64,000 nt of DNA from Trichoplax adhaerens (GCF_000150275.1 NW_002060966.1:502650-566649), one strand, 5' to 3'. Counted from the stretch's first letter, positions 12,291 through 24,356 are shown. The notes: generated by a model not told the origin, from the letters alone. Made by a program: numbers and translations.

Positions 12291-15066
12291 GTCAGATTAC
12301 AATATGTCCGATCCTGGAACATTTCTGCGATAATCTACAATCTACCATAAGTAAATTATAATTACAGTGATTTGAATTGTAAGAAGATTATTCTCGATTC
12401 TCTAATTAAACAATTAACTTTAGTAGGCTGTATAATCACCATAAAAGCAAGTGCTACATTTAAATGTCTTATATCTAAATTAGAACTCTTCATATAAGTT
12501 TAAATCAACAAAATTATCCTAACATAGATGTTTGTACTATAATCTCGATTTTACAGTGTATAACATTACTACATGTTACAGTGTTATATACTGTAACAGG
12601 TAGTAATTTATTAAGACCGCACTTAGCTCTATGCATCGATAAATCTTCTGGTTACTTATTAATTAATCGATTTGTAAGGTATCATACCTAGTATCGATTA
12701 ATTAATTACACATTGTATTTGGTATGAAATATATTATCACCAACTTTAATCCGATATAAATCATAAAATTATTCATAAGTATATATCAAAGATTTGAATG
12801 AAAATTTTGACCTAGATTAACTTTTCTTAATCATTCCTGTCACAGGCTTACCACTTTTTCACAATTAAATTCATATTACAAAATATAGTTACAATTAAAA
12901 AGTAAATAAAATAGAGTTGGTTAACACCATAGAGAATTACTATTATAAATTTAGAGAATTTCACGAGAAAATAGTTGAGTCTTGACTGAAAAATTAGTTA
13001 GATATACTGTACAATTTACAATGATAAGCAATTACTAAGTAGTTTCTCAATAAAGAGAATCATAAACTAGTAAATATAGCATAAAGAATCTCTATAGCTA
13101 AATCGTCATGAATGTTTTCCAATTATAAATGAACTTTAATTATAATTATTAGAATATACTGATAGCAAACGCATAAGGAGAAATATCTAAATAATTAGAA
13201 ATAATGGGTGTAAAATTTGTACTAAGCAGACATTAGCTATGAAGCATGTAATCAAGAATTGACGGATGCTATAGTGCTTCATAAGCTATACGATTATACT
13301 AACTTTTACTTAAATCTCCGGAAGTAAAGTTACCCCAATAAAATAGTTTTCCCTATAAATTACATCGATCAATTAAATAATTATAAATCTATCAGGAGCA
13401 ACAACAATTAAATTACGGTAATAAACTATTACAATATATGTAGAGAGCATAACACCTGAAGATTTTGTTTAAGCTATGAAAAAATATTAAGCGAAGCAGT
13501 ACAAACTTCACTCAAAACTATTATTATCTATGACAATGTTCGATACATAAATTATCGAACATTTATTTTGTTTCGATAATTTGACAAGCTTAATAATAAG
13601 ATATCTGCTAAAGTTAGAATGAAACTTTGTACAACAGAGAGCTTATTTCATCAACACAATATTCTACGGAAATCATAACAAATACTTTCATCTGTCCGTC
13701 TTATTTCTTATTCCGATCTGTGTCGTAAGAATGCAAATAGTATCTAGGACATTGACATAATATTTATAATTACAAAGCTATATGGTATAGTAAACAGTTG
13801 AGAGTTTTATATTGGGAGGGTTTATGGCTTTTTAGCTATTGTCAGCAGTTTAATTTAATCCATTACCAAATGAGATAGTCAATTATAATGTCACACATAG
13901 CATAATAGGTCAATTATAATTGTGCCTGTAGGCAAATTGAGTACGCATTATAGATCAATTGACAAAACGATTTGGTCATAGTCATCTAAAAAAGAATTTA
14001 TTGTTATTCTGATATACTTATATTTCAGTAGCTGTGAAGCGTTTCTGTATCATTATGATGCAACATGTTTCTCACATTCTTTAGTTATATTATATTATGC
14101 CAAAAATAAAATAGGAAACCGATTAGAAATGGTTATCGAAGAGGCCATAGATAAGATCTATTAATTTGAATGAAATAAGTTCTTTTTAAATCTGCTATAC
14201 TATGCAGCGCTCATGCTGTGGTTTGTAATCCAATACTAGCTTTTATATTACTCAGCTAAGAATGAAGAAACATTTTACTGCCCTATTTGTATAAGTAATT
14301 TGACCTTAATTTATTGCAATCAACCATGTCGTACTGAGCATAAAAGATATTGGCAGGAAATACTTTAGATTGCCGTTTCTAAAAGCATTATACGCGAAAA
14401 TTTCTGTTCGAGACACTTGTTGATATGACTACGTAATAACAGTTTACCCGGTAACTGCAAAATATTTTGATAATTAGGCCATGGTGTATATACATAATCT
14501 CTCATGACCTCTCCAGCCCAAAAGGGCGCTAAAGAGAACGATCTAGATCACCATAGTAACAGATGTAGGCATTTCTATTGCATTTTATTTTTTACGATCA
14601 TTTTATTCTTATAAAATCAAACTGGTAGTAGACTTTTCTTTGGTAGCAATTTGAAATAGTACCGGAATCGTGCCATATTTGTTATGGATTTTACGATAGC
14701 TGATGATTGTTGATAATAAAAGAGCGAATCAAGAAATTAATTGGTTCAGAATATTGACAGTCATGCTTTTATCACCATTTCTTAATCACCAATTGTGATT
14801 TAAGCTTTTTTTGATCGATTAAGTCACATGGTTAATGACGCAAAGCACTGCCTAAGTAAATAATTCCGATGTTAATTCGAAGTCGTACTGACAACGATAT
14901 TCTCCTACTTAATTAAGAATTTAAGTTTGAAATCATAGCAGTTCGTAAACTTCTCATGTATCTGTAAAAACTAAGAGTAACATTCGAAAATTAAAAGGAT
15001 ATCCAACTCACAGGTTTTAAAAAAGTTCATCAACTTCATCAATCAAAAAGTAAGAAGCAACTTACG

Positions 15067-17712
15067 ATGGGTTCTGGTAGCAGTCTACAATCTAGAACGG
15101 TAGACTATAACGCAACGGCAAGAGCAATGATAGCAAAGGGTAAACGACTTCTAGATAAAGGATTATATCAAGAATCGCTTCAAGAATATCAAGATGCTTT
15201 GCAAGAGATGGATACCATTAATTCTACAAATCCTAATAGATCAAGTAACAAATTGGATAACCCCATGCTAGATATTTATCATGGCATGGCGATAGCTCAT
15301 GAGAAACAAAGCGAATGGACAGATGCAGAATCAGTGTATTATAAAATGATTCTATTGCAAGTCCAATTAACCGGAGAGAAGACCGTTCAAGTTGCTGATT
15401 TATATCGCCAAATGGGAAAATTATATTCAAAATTAAGCCAATTCAAAAAAGCTTTAATCATGCTTGAAAAATCCCTTCAAATTCGATTAGAATTATTTGG
15501 GATTGAAAATTTAAAAGTAACGGAAGCTTACGATGACCTCGCGTTGTATTATTGCCGAATGAATCGATTTCATGATGCCCAAAACAATTATGAAAAATCA
15601 TATAATATCCGTTTAAGGGAATTAGGCCAAAATGATATCGAAATCGTCAAATCATATAATAATATAGCAGATGTTCATATGCAGCAATGCCATTATAATG
15701 AGGCTTTGTCCTTCTATCAAAAATCGCTCAATCTTTGTAGACGAATTTATGGCGATAAACATCGTGATGTCGCTCAATCCTATCAACACATAGGTGATGT
15801 TGCTGTTAAACAGTTGCGATATGAAGAAGCGGCGGTCATTTATCAGACATGTTTAAATATGACTTTGGATTTATTTGGCAAAAAGCATGAAGATATTGCT
15901 CTTATATATATTAAAATGGCTGATATGCATATTCAGCAATCGGAATATCACGAAGCCATGAGTTTGTGTAAGAAAGTGCAAAAAATGTATCAGCAAATGG
16001 ATGAAAAAGAAAATCCAAATTCTACAGCACTAACGTTAAAAATAGCTAAAGTCTATCATTTACAGAGAAAATATGATTCTGCTTTAGGATTACTGCGGAG
16101 TCTATTGACAAAATTAACTCAGATATATGGGGATAGGCACGTGGATATCGCTGCTACTATGGAAGCTATATCAGAAGCAGTTTATGAACTTTTTGAATAT
16201 GAAACAGCACAAGACACTTTTGCTAAGACTTTACGTATGCGGTTAGCATTAACTGGCGAAAATAATGTCGATGTTGCGAGGATATATTTTCGCTTAGGTG
16301 ATATTAACTATGCCCGAGGTAATATTCCTGAGAGTATCAAATCTTATCTTCGATCTCTAAAAATTCGTTTAATCGTCTTCGGAGATAGCCATCCATCTGT
16401 TGCTGAAGCCGGAGATAGTATCGCGTTTATTTACATGATTTTTCGTAAGCATCATGAAGCTTTGGATTTATTCGAAAAATCGCTCAAGATCCGCTTACAT
16501 GTGAATGGCGGAATGAGTCCTAATACGGCTGCATCTTATAAAAATGTTGCTGTTATTTACTCCAAAGTTGGAAGACTGGAAGATGCCCTAGAAATGCTTC
16601 AAAAATCTCTTGATATTCGCTTGCATCTAACTGATGGCAAAAATAAAGATGTTGCTGTGTTATACGAAGAAATTGCAACAATCCATGCATTACAATCTAA
16701 ATATGAAGAAGCAATTACCGCGCTAGAGACATCATTAGAGATTCTAATACCCTTAGTGACGGAGGAACACCGGGATGTTGCCAATATTTATCTTCGTATC
16801 GGGGAAATATATAAAGCCCAAAAATTGTATAACAGGGCAGAGTTTTACTATCATAAGTCATTAACAAAGTTAATAGCAGCTATCGGGGATAGCAACTTAG
16901 AGGTATCTGGTCGTTATGAGGAATTAGCTTACGTACAATACTTGAACGAGGATTATGATCAAGCAGAAGTTTTATATGCGAAAGCTTTGGACATTCGTTA
17001 TACTGATCTGCGCCAAATAGACGAAAAAGTTGCAGAGTTGTTCCAGATACTGGGAACTATATACATGAAATTAGAAAATTATAACGACGCTCTTATGGTT
17101 TTAAATAAAGCTGTCGATGTTAGGACTCAGCTTTCAGCTGATCGCAACAGTGATTCTTTTGCCAATTTGTATCAAAATCTAGCTGCAGTTCATACTAGAC
17201 AATCAATGCAATATAATGCACAGCCTCTATTACTTAAAGCTTTAGCAATTCGAATTAAATTACACGGAGATAACAGCATTAATGTTGCTAATACATATGA
17301 GGCTATGGCTCATGATTATCAGCAACGCCAGCGATATCAAGAAGCTCTTACCATGTATCAGAAGGCCTTAAAAATTGCAGATGATCAATTAGGACCTACT
17401 CATATATTTGTTGCTCAATTATATGATTTCATCGGAGATGCCTACAAAGACTTGCATGATAACAAAAATGCAAGAACCATGTATCAGAAATCATTACAAA
17501 TTCAGGCTGATGTATTGAAATTAGAGAATCAAGACGTTTTAGACTTGTACAGTAAGTTAACTGATCTCATTCAGCAGCAAGGAGATTCTGAAGACGCTGC
17601 TTTACTGTTAAAGCAGGCTAAACTTTTGCACCAGAAATTACCAACCTTAACTACAAATAATATTTCACTTAGTAAATTAAAATACATTTTCTGGGAAGGC
17701 AATCGGTCATAA
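15067..17712 (+). CDS. Intronless 881-aa TPR-repeat protein (kinesin-light-chain/NPHP3-type TPR_12/TPR_10 repeats, about 19 units) with an N-terminal MGSGSS myristoylation-like motif
   Basis: A single 2,646 nt ORF with a 42-residue periodicity of A/Y/L-rich repeats (for example ...YEEALxxYQKSLxIRLxxxGxxHxDVAxSYxNIAxVY...). The start MGSGSSLQS has Gly2 and Ser6. No other domain is apparent. Confidence 0.85.
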   Translation: MGSGSSLQSRTVDYNATARAMIAKGKRLLDKGLYQESLQEYQDALQEMDTINSTNPNRSSNKLDNPMLDIYHGMAIAHEKQSEWTDAESVYYKMILLQVQLTGEKTVQVADLYRQMGKLYSKLSQFKKALIMLEKSLQIRLELFGIENLKVTEAYDDLALYYCRMNRFHDAQNNYEKSYNIRLRELGQNDIEIVKSYNNIADVHMQQCHYNEALSFYQKSLNLCRRIYGDKHRDVAQSYQHIGDVAVKQLRYEEAAVIYQTCLNMTLDLFGKKHEDIALIYIKMADMHIQQSEYHEAMSLCKKVQKMYQQMDEKENPNSTALTLKIAKVYHLQRKYDSALGLLRSLLTKLTQIYGDRHVDIAATMEAISEAVYELFEYETAQDTFAKTLRMRLALTGENNVDVARIYFRLGDINYARGNIPESIKSYLRSLKIRLIVFGDSHPSVAEAGDSIAFIYMIFRKHHEALDLFEKSLKIRLHVNGGMSPNTAASYKNVAVIYSKVGRLEDALEMLQKSLDIRLHLTDGKNKDVAVLYEEIATIHALQSKYEEAITALETSLEILIPLVTEEHRDVANIYLRIGEIYKAQKLYNRAEFYYHKSLTKLIAAIGDSNLEVSGRYEELAYVQYLNEDYDQAEVLYAKALDIRYTDLRQIDEKVAELFQILGTIYMKLENYNDALMVLNKAVDVRTQLSADRNSDSFANLYQNLAAVHTRQSMQYNAQPLLLKALAIRIKLHGDNSINVANTYEAMAHDYQQRQRYQEALTMYQKALKIADDQLGPTHIFVAQLYDFIGDAYKDLHDNKNARTMYQKSLQIQADVLKLENQDVLDLYSKLTDLIQQQGDSEDAALLLKQAKLLHQKLPTLTTNNISLSKLKYIFWEGNRS

Positions 17713-18420
17713 CTTTAGCCATTAATTAAATCTTTACAGGTTACTTGTGCATTATTTGTGGCTTATCTTTGGATTTGAAGTAATAATTATATAATTGATC
17801 TAGTTTCGTCTTTAAATACATAAATAGATATGAGAGCTTTGATTTTCCTGTGATTTTCAAAATATTCATTACTAGCCAAGTAGCCTTAATATCAGGATAG
17901 TCAGAAACTAATTTAGTAGCATCACATTGATGAAGCATCGCATTGGAATTAAATGTTTGGTGTAAACGAATGATAAATCATAATATCAATTTTCGAACAG
18001 ATTGGCCACATTTTATAGGGATTAAAATTGTATAACGGGAAATACTTAGCTACAATTTTTATCATATGGTGAACACCTTTAATCACTATTGAAATTGTAG
18101 AAAGAAGACTACGAAACTGCAAGTTCGAAAAATTTTTGTTTAATTGAAATGCCAACTGGACATCTAAGTGAAACATTACAAAAATATATAGTAAATGTAT
18201 ATGATTTTGTATTATTTTTGTCAGGACAGATTGAATTTGAATCAACTACTCGAAAAGTCCAAGACTTTTTACTATAGTTTATAATTCTCTAGAAATTAGT
18301 TACTAAGCCAAAGCACTAGAATTTATTACCTATATCTGTTATAGAAGTAATTTAGAACGCGATGGATATCTGATTGGCTCTACAGGAGTTAAACATAAAT
18401 TGTGTGTGATCTCTAACTGT

Positions 18421-18436
18421 ATATATATATATATAT
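18421..18436. repeat. (TA)n microsatellite
   Basis: tatatatatatatata. Confidence 0.6.
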
Positions 18437-19099
18437 GCTGCAACATTCGCGTTAAATATAAACTTTACTACTTTTTTGCGGTAATATTTAAATTTACCCA
18501 AATAGTATTTTAACAGGATTAAAAAATTTGTCTTGTTATCACGGTCAAGACTTTGTCATGAAATGTATATACTGTCAATTATATCTCGAAGTTAATACTG
18601 TGTACGCTGTGTAGCCATTGTTAACCAGTATACTTTCGTTGATGAATAATTATTATCCTGCAGAAGTAATTTATTAACTTTGACGACGTCTAAGAAAAGT
18701 CTCCTTAGAGGCATTACCCATAAATTTTGATCATTTGATTAGACAGCTTATCCAAGCCTGCCTATTTTATCTTTACCTTAAGTTATGCTATAAATTAAGC
18801 GCAAGAGGTTCATAAAATACATACTGTTTTGTCGTTAGTTTAGACTATAACTCATTCGTTTTAATAAAGTCTTTCATATAATTCAAGCCGTTAGTAGTTT
18901 TGTAAGATGTAGAAAACATTTAGCAATGACTTTAAGCGATTCAAAACTTTATTCTCAAAGATTCAGACAAGCAAAGTTTGATCAATCAATCGGTGAAGCG
19001 ATTTAGTAAGTGTAAAGTAGAATTATAACTATAATTTTTTATTAGTGCAGGGCTAAATTCGTAGCTATAACACCCGCCTACTACGCTAGATGAAAAGTA

Positions 19100-19800
19100 T
19101 GGCATCCAGCTTCAGATATTTATATCCCTCCTCTTGTAAAATAATTGATAGACTCTTTTACTTGGAGTGGAGCTTTTGATAGACATGTTATGTATTCAAT
19201 TATTATGCAGCGTCTGTTTGACTGTAAAAGAATAATTTATAGTTTTGATTTTACTGTTCGTTAGTTATTAGAGTTTCATATAGCAGTAAGTTATTAAACG
19301 TTCAATATTGCCTTATTATAGCAATAAATCTTATTAAAATGTACATATGATCTGAATCATGATGGTTCTACTCCTTCATACTTTCTAAATTTTTTAAGAA
19401 CAGATTCGAATCGTTGTTGTTCTCGAACTTTAGCAATCTATCGCATTGAAATGTTTTATACAGATTTATATCCCTGCTCCTGTAAAACAATTGATAGACT
19501 CTTTTAATTAGAATAGAATTCTTGTAGAAACATTATGCAACCACTTTAATTAACTATCCCTATTAGATTATAAGAGAGTAATTCATAAATTGAGTTTCCC
19601 TGTACAGTAGTGTTCATTACGGCTTGCGGTCAATTTGTATGTAACTATGGATATTCATACTCGTAGTAAAGTTTCATTTAACAGTACCAAATTTTTATTA
19701 GAATGCCGTATGATCTGAATTGTAGTAATACTACACCTTTATACTTTCTAATTATTTTAAGAACAAATTCAAATCCTTGATGTCATCAAACTTTAAATAG
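19100..19800. repeat. local tandem duplication, unit about 350 bp, two copies
   Basis: cagat(a)tttatatccctcctcttgtaaaa(t/c)aattgatagactctttta... at about 19110 recurs at about 19460. ...atgatctgaat...tactttctaa(a)ttttttaagaaca(g/a)attc(g/a)aatc... at about 19340 recurs at about 19700. Confidence 0.5.
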
Positions 19801-19937
19801 AATTACGAATAAATAAGTGGCTAAATACTATTTATTCCAAAATGGATCATATCACAGTATACGAATACTTATGTTCAAGAAGTATTAACGATCTACCAAA
19901 AGAGTAAATAATACTAAATAGAGAGCTTTATAAAGAT

Positions 19938-20073
19938 TCACTTCAATTTATTCGCTGTTAGAAATAACGTTGCATTGGGCGTTAGTCCAGATTCATATAA
20001 CGTTGCATCCATATCCGTATATAGCTTCTTGGGAAAGGAAGAACGAATCTCAAACGGTGGTTCCGAAGACGAC
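19938..20073 (-). CDS. UBXN11: UBXN11-like terminal exon (SSSEPPFEIRSSFPKKLYTDMDATLYESGLTPNATLFLTANKLK*)
   Basis: Acceptor tgttataaag, TGA stop at plus 19938-19940. Matches the UBX C-terminal consensus (human FEIFSTFPPTLYQDDTLTLQAAGLVPKAALLL). Confidence 0.65.
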
Positions 20074-23000
20074 CTTTATAACAAAAGGTAAATTTAATTT
20101 CTTCTAGCCTTCAAATTTGATAGATGATACAGCTGTATTTTTACACTTTACCTTTGGTTACTTATATATTTATATAGATCCTGAATCGTATCATTAAATT
20201 TTAATTTAACGATATATACCTGTATTGTGAAATTAAATAGGTAAAGTTTAACAGCCTTCAGATACATATCCCTTAATCTAGTGTTCGCAAACACCAGAAT
20301 GCCCTACATTATACAAAGTAACGTAGTAATTAATGATTACTTGGCTATTGTCTTCATTCTTAATTCGCAACGTTGTAATATCATGTGGAGTTGCAGGCCT
20401 CTCAGATTCATCAGCGTGTCTAATGATAGAAAACAGCACGAAACCAACGGGAATTTGGTAAATTAAATCGATTAAAAACTTTTAAATGAATGGGTAGTTT
20501 CCTAGTATGCTTAAAATTATATTTATTTACAATCCGGTTGCCTATTAAGCAGATACAATTCGTAAACTAAAAGTATATGCGTAGATATAGCTATCAATAT
20601 GGAACAAGCCTTTATCATAAAATACTGCATTAATTAAATTATGTGATTTTATTACTATATTCTTAATTTAGCCGTCTGATCTTACTTTACTTTCATGTCT
20701 TTCACTTGTTTAGTTTCTACGATCACAACTTTACTTTTCGTAGAATCGCTTGTCTGATAAATTTTAGTTTAAATTTAAAATTTTTAGTAGCCTCTCAATA
20801 ATACATAAGAAGAGGTGCAGTGCTAATAATGGAACTGTGAGTCTTAGCAAAATCTTTGTCAAATCTCGTACAATAGTTTATATATATATTGATTTGATAT
20901 GTAAATAGTTTACCTGAATATTTTCCTTAATATCTGATCGAATATTAACAATTTTTCCATCGCGTATGACAGATTCAGGCAACTTCGATAAAAATTTATC
21001 TACAGTAACTGGTTTTCCTAATCAAGATATTTTCAAGAACTTTGTCTCAATTCAACCCTTGGCTATACATATCTAAGCTATTAAATGATATACCAGCTAA
21101 TTTGCTAGTGACTTTAACTTTATCCCGCCGCGACACCATGTTGCCCGGTGGATTCGACTTTCCGCCCAAAATATTTCCAAGACCAGGAAAATTATCTAAT
21201 CGCTGATTTCGATATTCTGTTTCACGATGATCGTAAATCTATAATCGATAAGAGGATAGAATTCTCAGCAAATGTCTTAATGAAGCATAATCAAGTGGGC
21301 TTGAAATTCAGTTCTAAAGATTTTAATATTTCATTCAGTTTAGGAATAACCTGGAATGGTACGCCGTCTGGATGTCTAGATTGTAATTCTGATGGAAAAT
21401 AACCATCACAAATATCGCGAATAAATTGCTGTATAAGCAATACGAGAATATGCGTACAGAAATGTATTTCAAATCAGTATTTTTAACATAAAGGTTCAAA
21501 GTTTAATCTATAAAACTTCTGTTATGAAATCAGACGCTATTAATTACGTAGATGGTTAGGTAATCGCCTTTATAGGCATACTGATAAAGGCAACATTTGC
21601 TAGTAAATCAGTTTTACCTGTGCATAGGGTTCATCATAATACCTAAATGGACCTTCGTATAAAGCGAAACCATTGCTATAAATCGAGATAGGAATTGCGT
21701 CTGGAATCTGAAATGGTAAGTATTTAAGTACATCAGTTACCAGAGTTTACACATCTAGAAACCAGAGACGAAGGTCATATCCTTTTTAGATATGAATGTT
21801 GAATATTAACTCGTTTATAAACCTGAAAAACAGCTCTTCCTGTTGTCTTGACAATCTTAGGATTATCCGCATTTGCCAATAAATTTAGTTCCTACAAGCA
21901 GTTAATGACAAATGTTAGAGGATTAACTAATACAGAAACCAACACAATCGAATAGTGGCCTTATAGCGTGCATTTTTCTCAGATAAACAGGCATTCGGGC
22001 AACTATTTTGTGCTTATTGGTGGTAGCAAACATTAACATGTGAGAATAAAATTTCTGTCTAACATTTCTAAAAAAAGTCATGCTTTGTTTGATACTGTAT
22101 GAAAACCTTGTAGAAAGATTTTGATAATCACAAATTTCTCTACGTAGTACAATATTAACTTACCTTAATATTTTCAATCACAAGATTAAAATCAATTGCC
22201 GTTGCTGTTGCAAGTGATTGTTCTGATAAATATTAGAATGTAAATTAGATCAATTTCGATCATTCCTATTGCATGCAATAAGCTTATTGATAATGACTGA
22301 TTGATTTTGGGAGAATGATCAAACCTGGTTGCCACATAGTCGTCGATGCAGTATTTTGTTTCTCAGAATTATCTTGTGTACTACTGTCTTCGTCGTCTTC
22401 GCTTTCGTCATCTCCTATCCACACGAGGCCATAATCATTCAAAAATCGCTGCGTAATTTAGAGACAGATACAGAGTAAGAATTTTAGATGAACTTGTATG
22501 GTGTATTATAAAGTTAATACAAATTTGAGATTGTTAGATTTAAGCAATATCCATTCAAAGGCGTGAGAAAATCTTAACCTCCATTTCATGGACTTGTCTT
22601 TGTAATGTAACGCATTTTGCTTTTAGTTCTCTGTAAGATTCTTCGTCATCATTTCTAGCTAAAAGAGATGAATTTAAAAATATGAAATAATGAAAGCAGA
22701 AATGATTTGTGCCTAGTCTTTTACGGGATATTTGTATATAATAGCTAATTTATTATAGAAGATCAAACGAAAGTACATATATACTGATCAGTTTTCTAAG
22801 TATTTTAAGAACAAGTCATATGCAATGCGAATAGAGTTACGTAAGTATTGTAGTCCTATGAGATATCTTAATGATCGACATATTATTCATCTAAAGTCGA
22901 AAATTTTGATCAGTCTTTCGAAATTACAAGTTTATTATATAATAAAATAAGTATTATAACATCAGTGGCGAGGAGTCAAGTGAGCGTATATAAGTTTAGG

Positions 23001-24356
23001 CCATGATTGGAAATTAATTAGAAATTTGATCACTGATGTACACTGAACCCCTACAATATCTTGTCATTAAGGTATGAGATATCGAATTTTCTGCAATACA
23101 ACTATTTAAAACTACAACATTGCGTTATAAGATGGAATAAAGAATAGATTTTCTGCATGGCTGAAGTTAATCCATTCATGACTGTGGTATAGCTTCAGGT
23201 TTATATTTGCACAAATAACATTTTTGCTTGCGAATTTATAGTATCTCATCATATCTGGTAGTCTTACAAAGCAATAGATAGAATTTGTCTTACCATTCTT
23301 TAACTTTAGCTGCTTGACTTGGAACTCTAGGTGCCTAATTCTTTTATCCTAGATTGATTCAATATCACACAGATTTAAGACTGTTGTATTTCATAAGCAG
23401 AATATTACTAGCAATAAGTAGCATAATGTTAAATAGGACCTTTTCAGCTCCATCTTGCTTCGCTAATGCCAATTGCTTCTCAGTTGTGGTTAATCGCTTA
23501 AGCATAACTGACATAAGATCAGCGTCTGCTTCACTATCGCCTGAAATAATAGGCAGTTTAGCTAAGATCATAATTCGAAATAGAATTCGGTAGCTATTAC
23601 AGTTCAAGCCTGAGTGTTGTTCAAGAGGGAACTAACGTAACGGGAAATTATTCTGCTTACCTCTAGGTGACTTTCTTGAGCTTCGATCGTGCTGAATGTC
23701 ATTAACTATTTCCTTCTGTAAGTAATCACTAAATTTCTTATTCATTTCTTGAGCATATAGTTCCTCATCTAATTTCATTTTATAGCAAATTCAATTACAC
23801 TTAAAACTATCTCGCCAATTAGGTTTACAGTTGTGATGAAGTCATTACTAGAATAAATCAAATGAAGATATTGAAGCCGCTACCTGTTCTTTGAACTTGA
23901 GTATTTCGGAATGGAGCGATTCTCTTTTTCCTATTTGATGTAATGATTGAATCATAAAGTAAATTATCGACTAATATGATGCAGAAGACTAGGCATCAAC
24001 GTGTAAAGGAATGCGATCTTGAGTATAGCTTTCTGAGTTGTCTATTAATTTAACACGAAATAATACCGCAAATCTCTGTGAATTACATATCGATAGTATA
24101 AATAGAAGTCATCGTCTATCGCTGCGGAAAGTAGATTACATCATTAAATTATAAGCAAGTCATAACATTCATTCTCCGTGTCTGCCTTTATGACTATAAT
24201 TTGTGTTTATACCATCCTCTACCATTCTAAAACTTACGTTATCTGTTCTTCATTGTCTTCCTGCTTTGGAAGGGAGTATAGATTGCCTTCTTTCTGATTT
24301 GATGGCACTAAAGGCACCCTTTTGGTTTTTTTCAAACTCTGTATCGGTCCACTCAT
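19938..24356 (-). CDS. UBXN11: UBXN11 (socius)-like gene: coiled-coil, SEP domain and UBX domain; multi-exon (gene-level span, ATG 24356 to TGA 19938)
   Basis: Exon translations align with vertebrate UBXN11. Start is MSGPIQSLKKTKRVPLVPSNQ (human MSSPLASLSKTRKVPL). ...LKAKCVTLQRQVHEME and RFLNDYGLVWIGDDESEDDED match human CVQLQRQVREMERFLSDYGLQWVGE. The SEP domain is IYSNGFALYEGPFRYYDEPYAQQFIRDICDGYFPSELQ. Linker FPGLGNILGG, then KFLSKLPESVIRDGKIVNIRSDI. UBX beta1 is TTLRIKNEDNSQ and the C-terminus is FEIRSSFPKKLYTDMDATLYESGLTPNATLFL. Some internal junctions are unresolved. Confidence 0.75.
20290..20440 (-). CDS. UBXN11: UBXN11-like UBX exon E (...RHADESERPATPHDITTLRIKNEDNSQVII...); boundaries unresolved
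   Basis: Open frame on the minus strand with UBX beta1-beta2-like TTLRIKNEDNSQ (human LSMLRIKSENGEQAF). The acceptor and donor phases could not be reconciled, and an extra exon between D and E is likely. Confidence 0.35.
20914..21017 (-). CDS. UBXN11: UBXN11-like exon D (KPVTVDKFLSKLPESVIRDGKIVNIRSDIKENIQ)
   Basis: Acceptor ttgattag and donor CAG|gtaaac. Matches human AEKFLNRLPKFVIRQGEVIDIRGPIRDTLQ. Confidence 0.65.
21094..21238 (-). CDS. UBXN11: UBXN11-like linker exon C (IYDHRETEYRNQRLDNFPGLGNILGGKSNPPGNMVSRRDKVKVTSKLA)
   Basis: Acceptor gattatag and donor G|gtatat (phase 1). This is the only long open frame across a locally GC-richer patch. Confidence 0.5.
21351..21428 (-). CDS. UBXN11: UBXN11-like SEP-domain exon B (QFIRDICDGYFPSELQSRHPDGVPFQ)
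   Basis: Acceptor ttatacag and donor CAG|gttatt. Continues the SEP motif (human RCLRDILDGFFPSELQRLYPNGVPFK). Confidence 0.65.
21618..21707 (-). CDS. UBXN11: UBXN11-like SEP-domain exon A (IPDAIPISIYSNGFALYEGPFRYYDEPYAQ)
   Basis: Acceptor ccatttcag and donor CAG|gtaaaa. Matches the SEP consensus NGFxLxDGPxRxYxDPxNxxFL. Confidence 0.7.
22325..22448 (-). CDS. UBXN11: UBXN11-like exon 6 (RFLNDYGLVWIGDDESEDDEDSSTQDNSEKQNTASTTMWQP)
   Basis: Acceptor ttacgcag and donor CCAG|gtttga. Acidic stretch as in human RFLSDYGLQWVGEPMDQEDSES...KFWKPG. Confidence 0.65.
22580..22655 (-). CDS. UBXN11: UBXN11-like exon 5 (NDDEESYRELKAKCVTLQRQVHEME)
   Basis: Donor GAG|gttaag. Acceptor is ctag or ttag, with the phase unresolved. 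Confidence 0.5.
23369..23540 (-). CDS. UBXN11: UBXN11-like exon 4 (GDSEADADLMSVMLKRLTTTEKQLALAKQDGAEK...). The 3' end is uncertain; an alternative donor lies after 23440.
   Basis: Acceptor ttatttcag. Matches human HDSELMAFMTRKLWDLEQQVKAQTDEILSKDQK. The donor is either AAG|GTCCTA or the downstream GT|GTGATA that gives the phase needed by the next exon. Confidence 0.4.
23661..23768 (-). CDS. UBXN11: UBXN11-like exon 3 (DEELYAQEMNKKFSDYLQKEIVNDIQHDRSSRKSPR)
   Basis: Acceptor aaattag and donor gtaagc. Phase 1-1. Confidence 0.55.
23884..23930 (-). CDS. UBXN11: UBXN11-like exon 2 (small, basic/coiled-coil)
   Basis: Acceptor ...caaatag and donor gtagcg. Phase-consistent with exon 1. Confidence 0.4.
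24238..24356 (-). CDS. UBXN11: UBXN11-like exon 1 (MSGPIQSLKKTKRVPLVPSNQKEGNLYSLPKQEDNEEQI)
   Basis: ATG at 24356 on the minus strand. Donor gtaagt (plus 24231-24237). Confidence 0.65.

Noticed and set aside
15233-16784. Two minus-strand ORFs (15233-15430, 16599-16784) inside the TPR gene
   Set aside because: Antisense open frames of a long repeat-rich coding sequence. No splice signals or similarity.
21148-21402. Plus-strand ORF of 84 aa (MDSTFRPKYFQDQENY...)
   Set aside because: It is the antisense frame of the UBXN11-like SEP-domain exons on the minus strand, whose translation matches the SEP consensus. The plus-frame peptide has no recognisable features.
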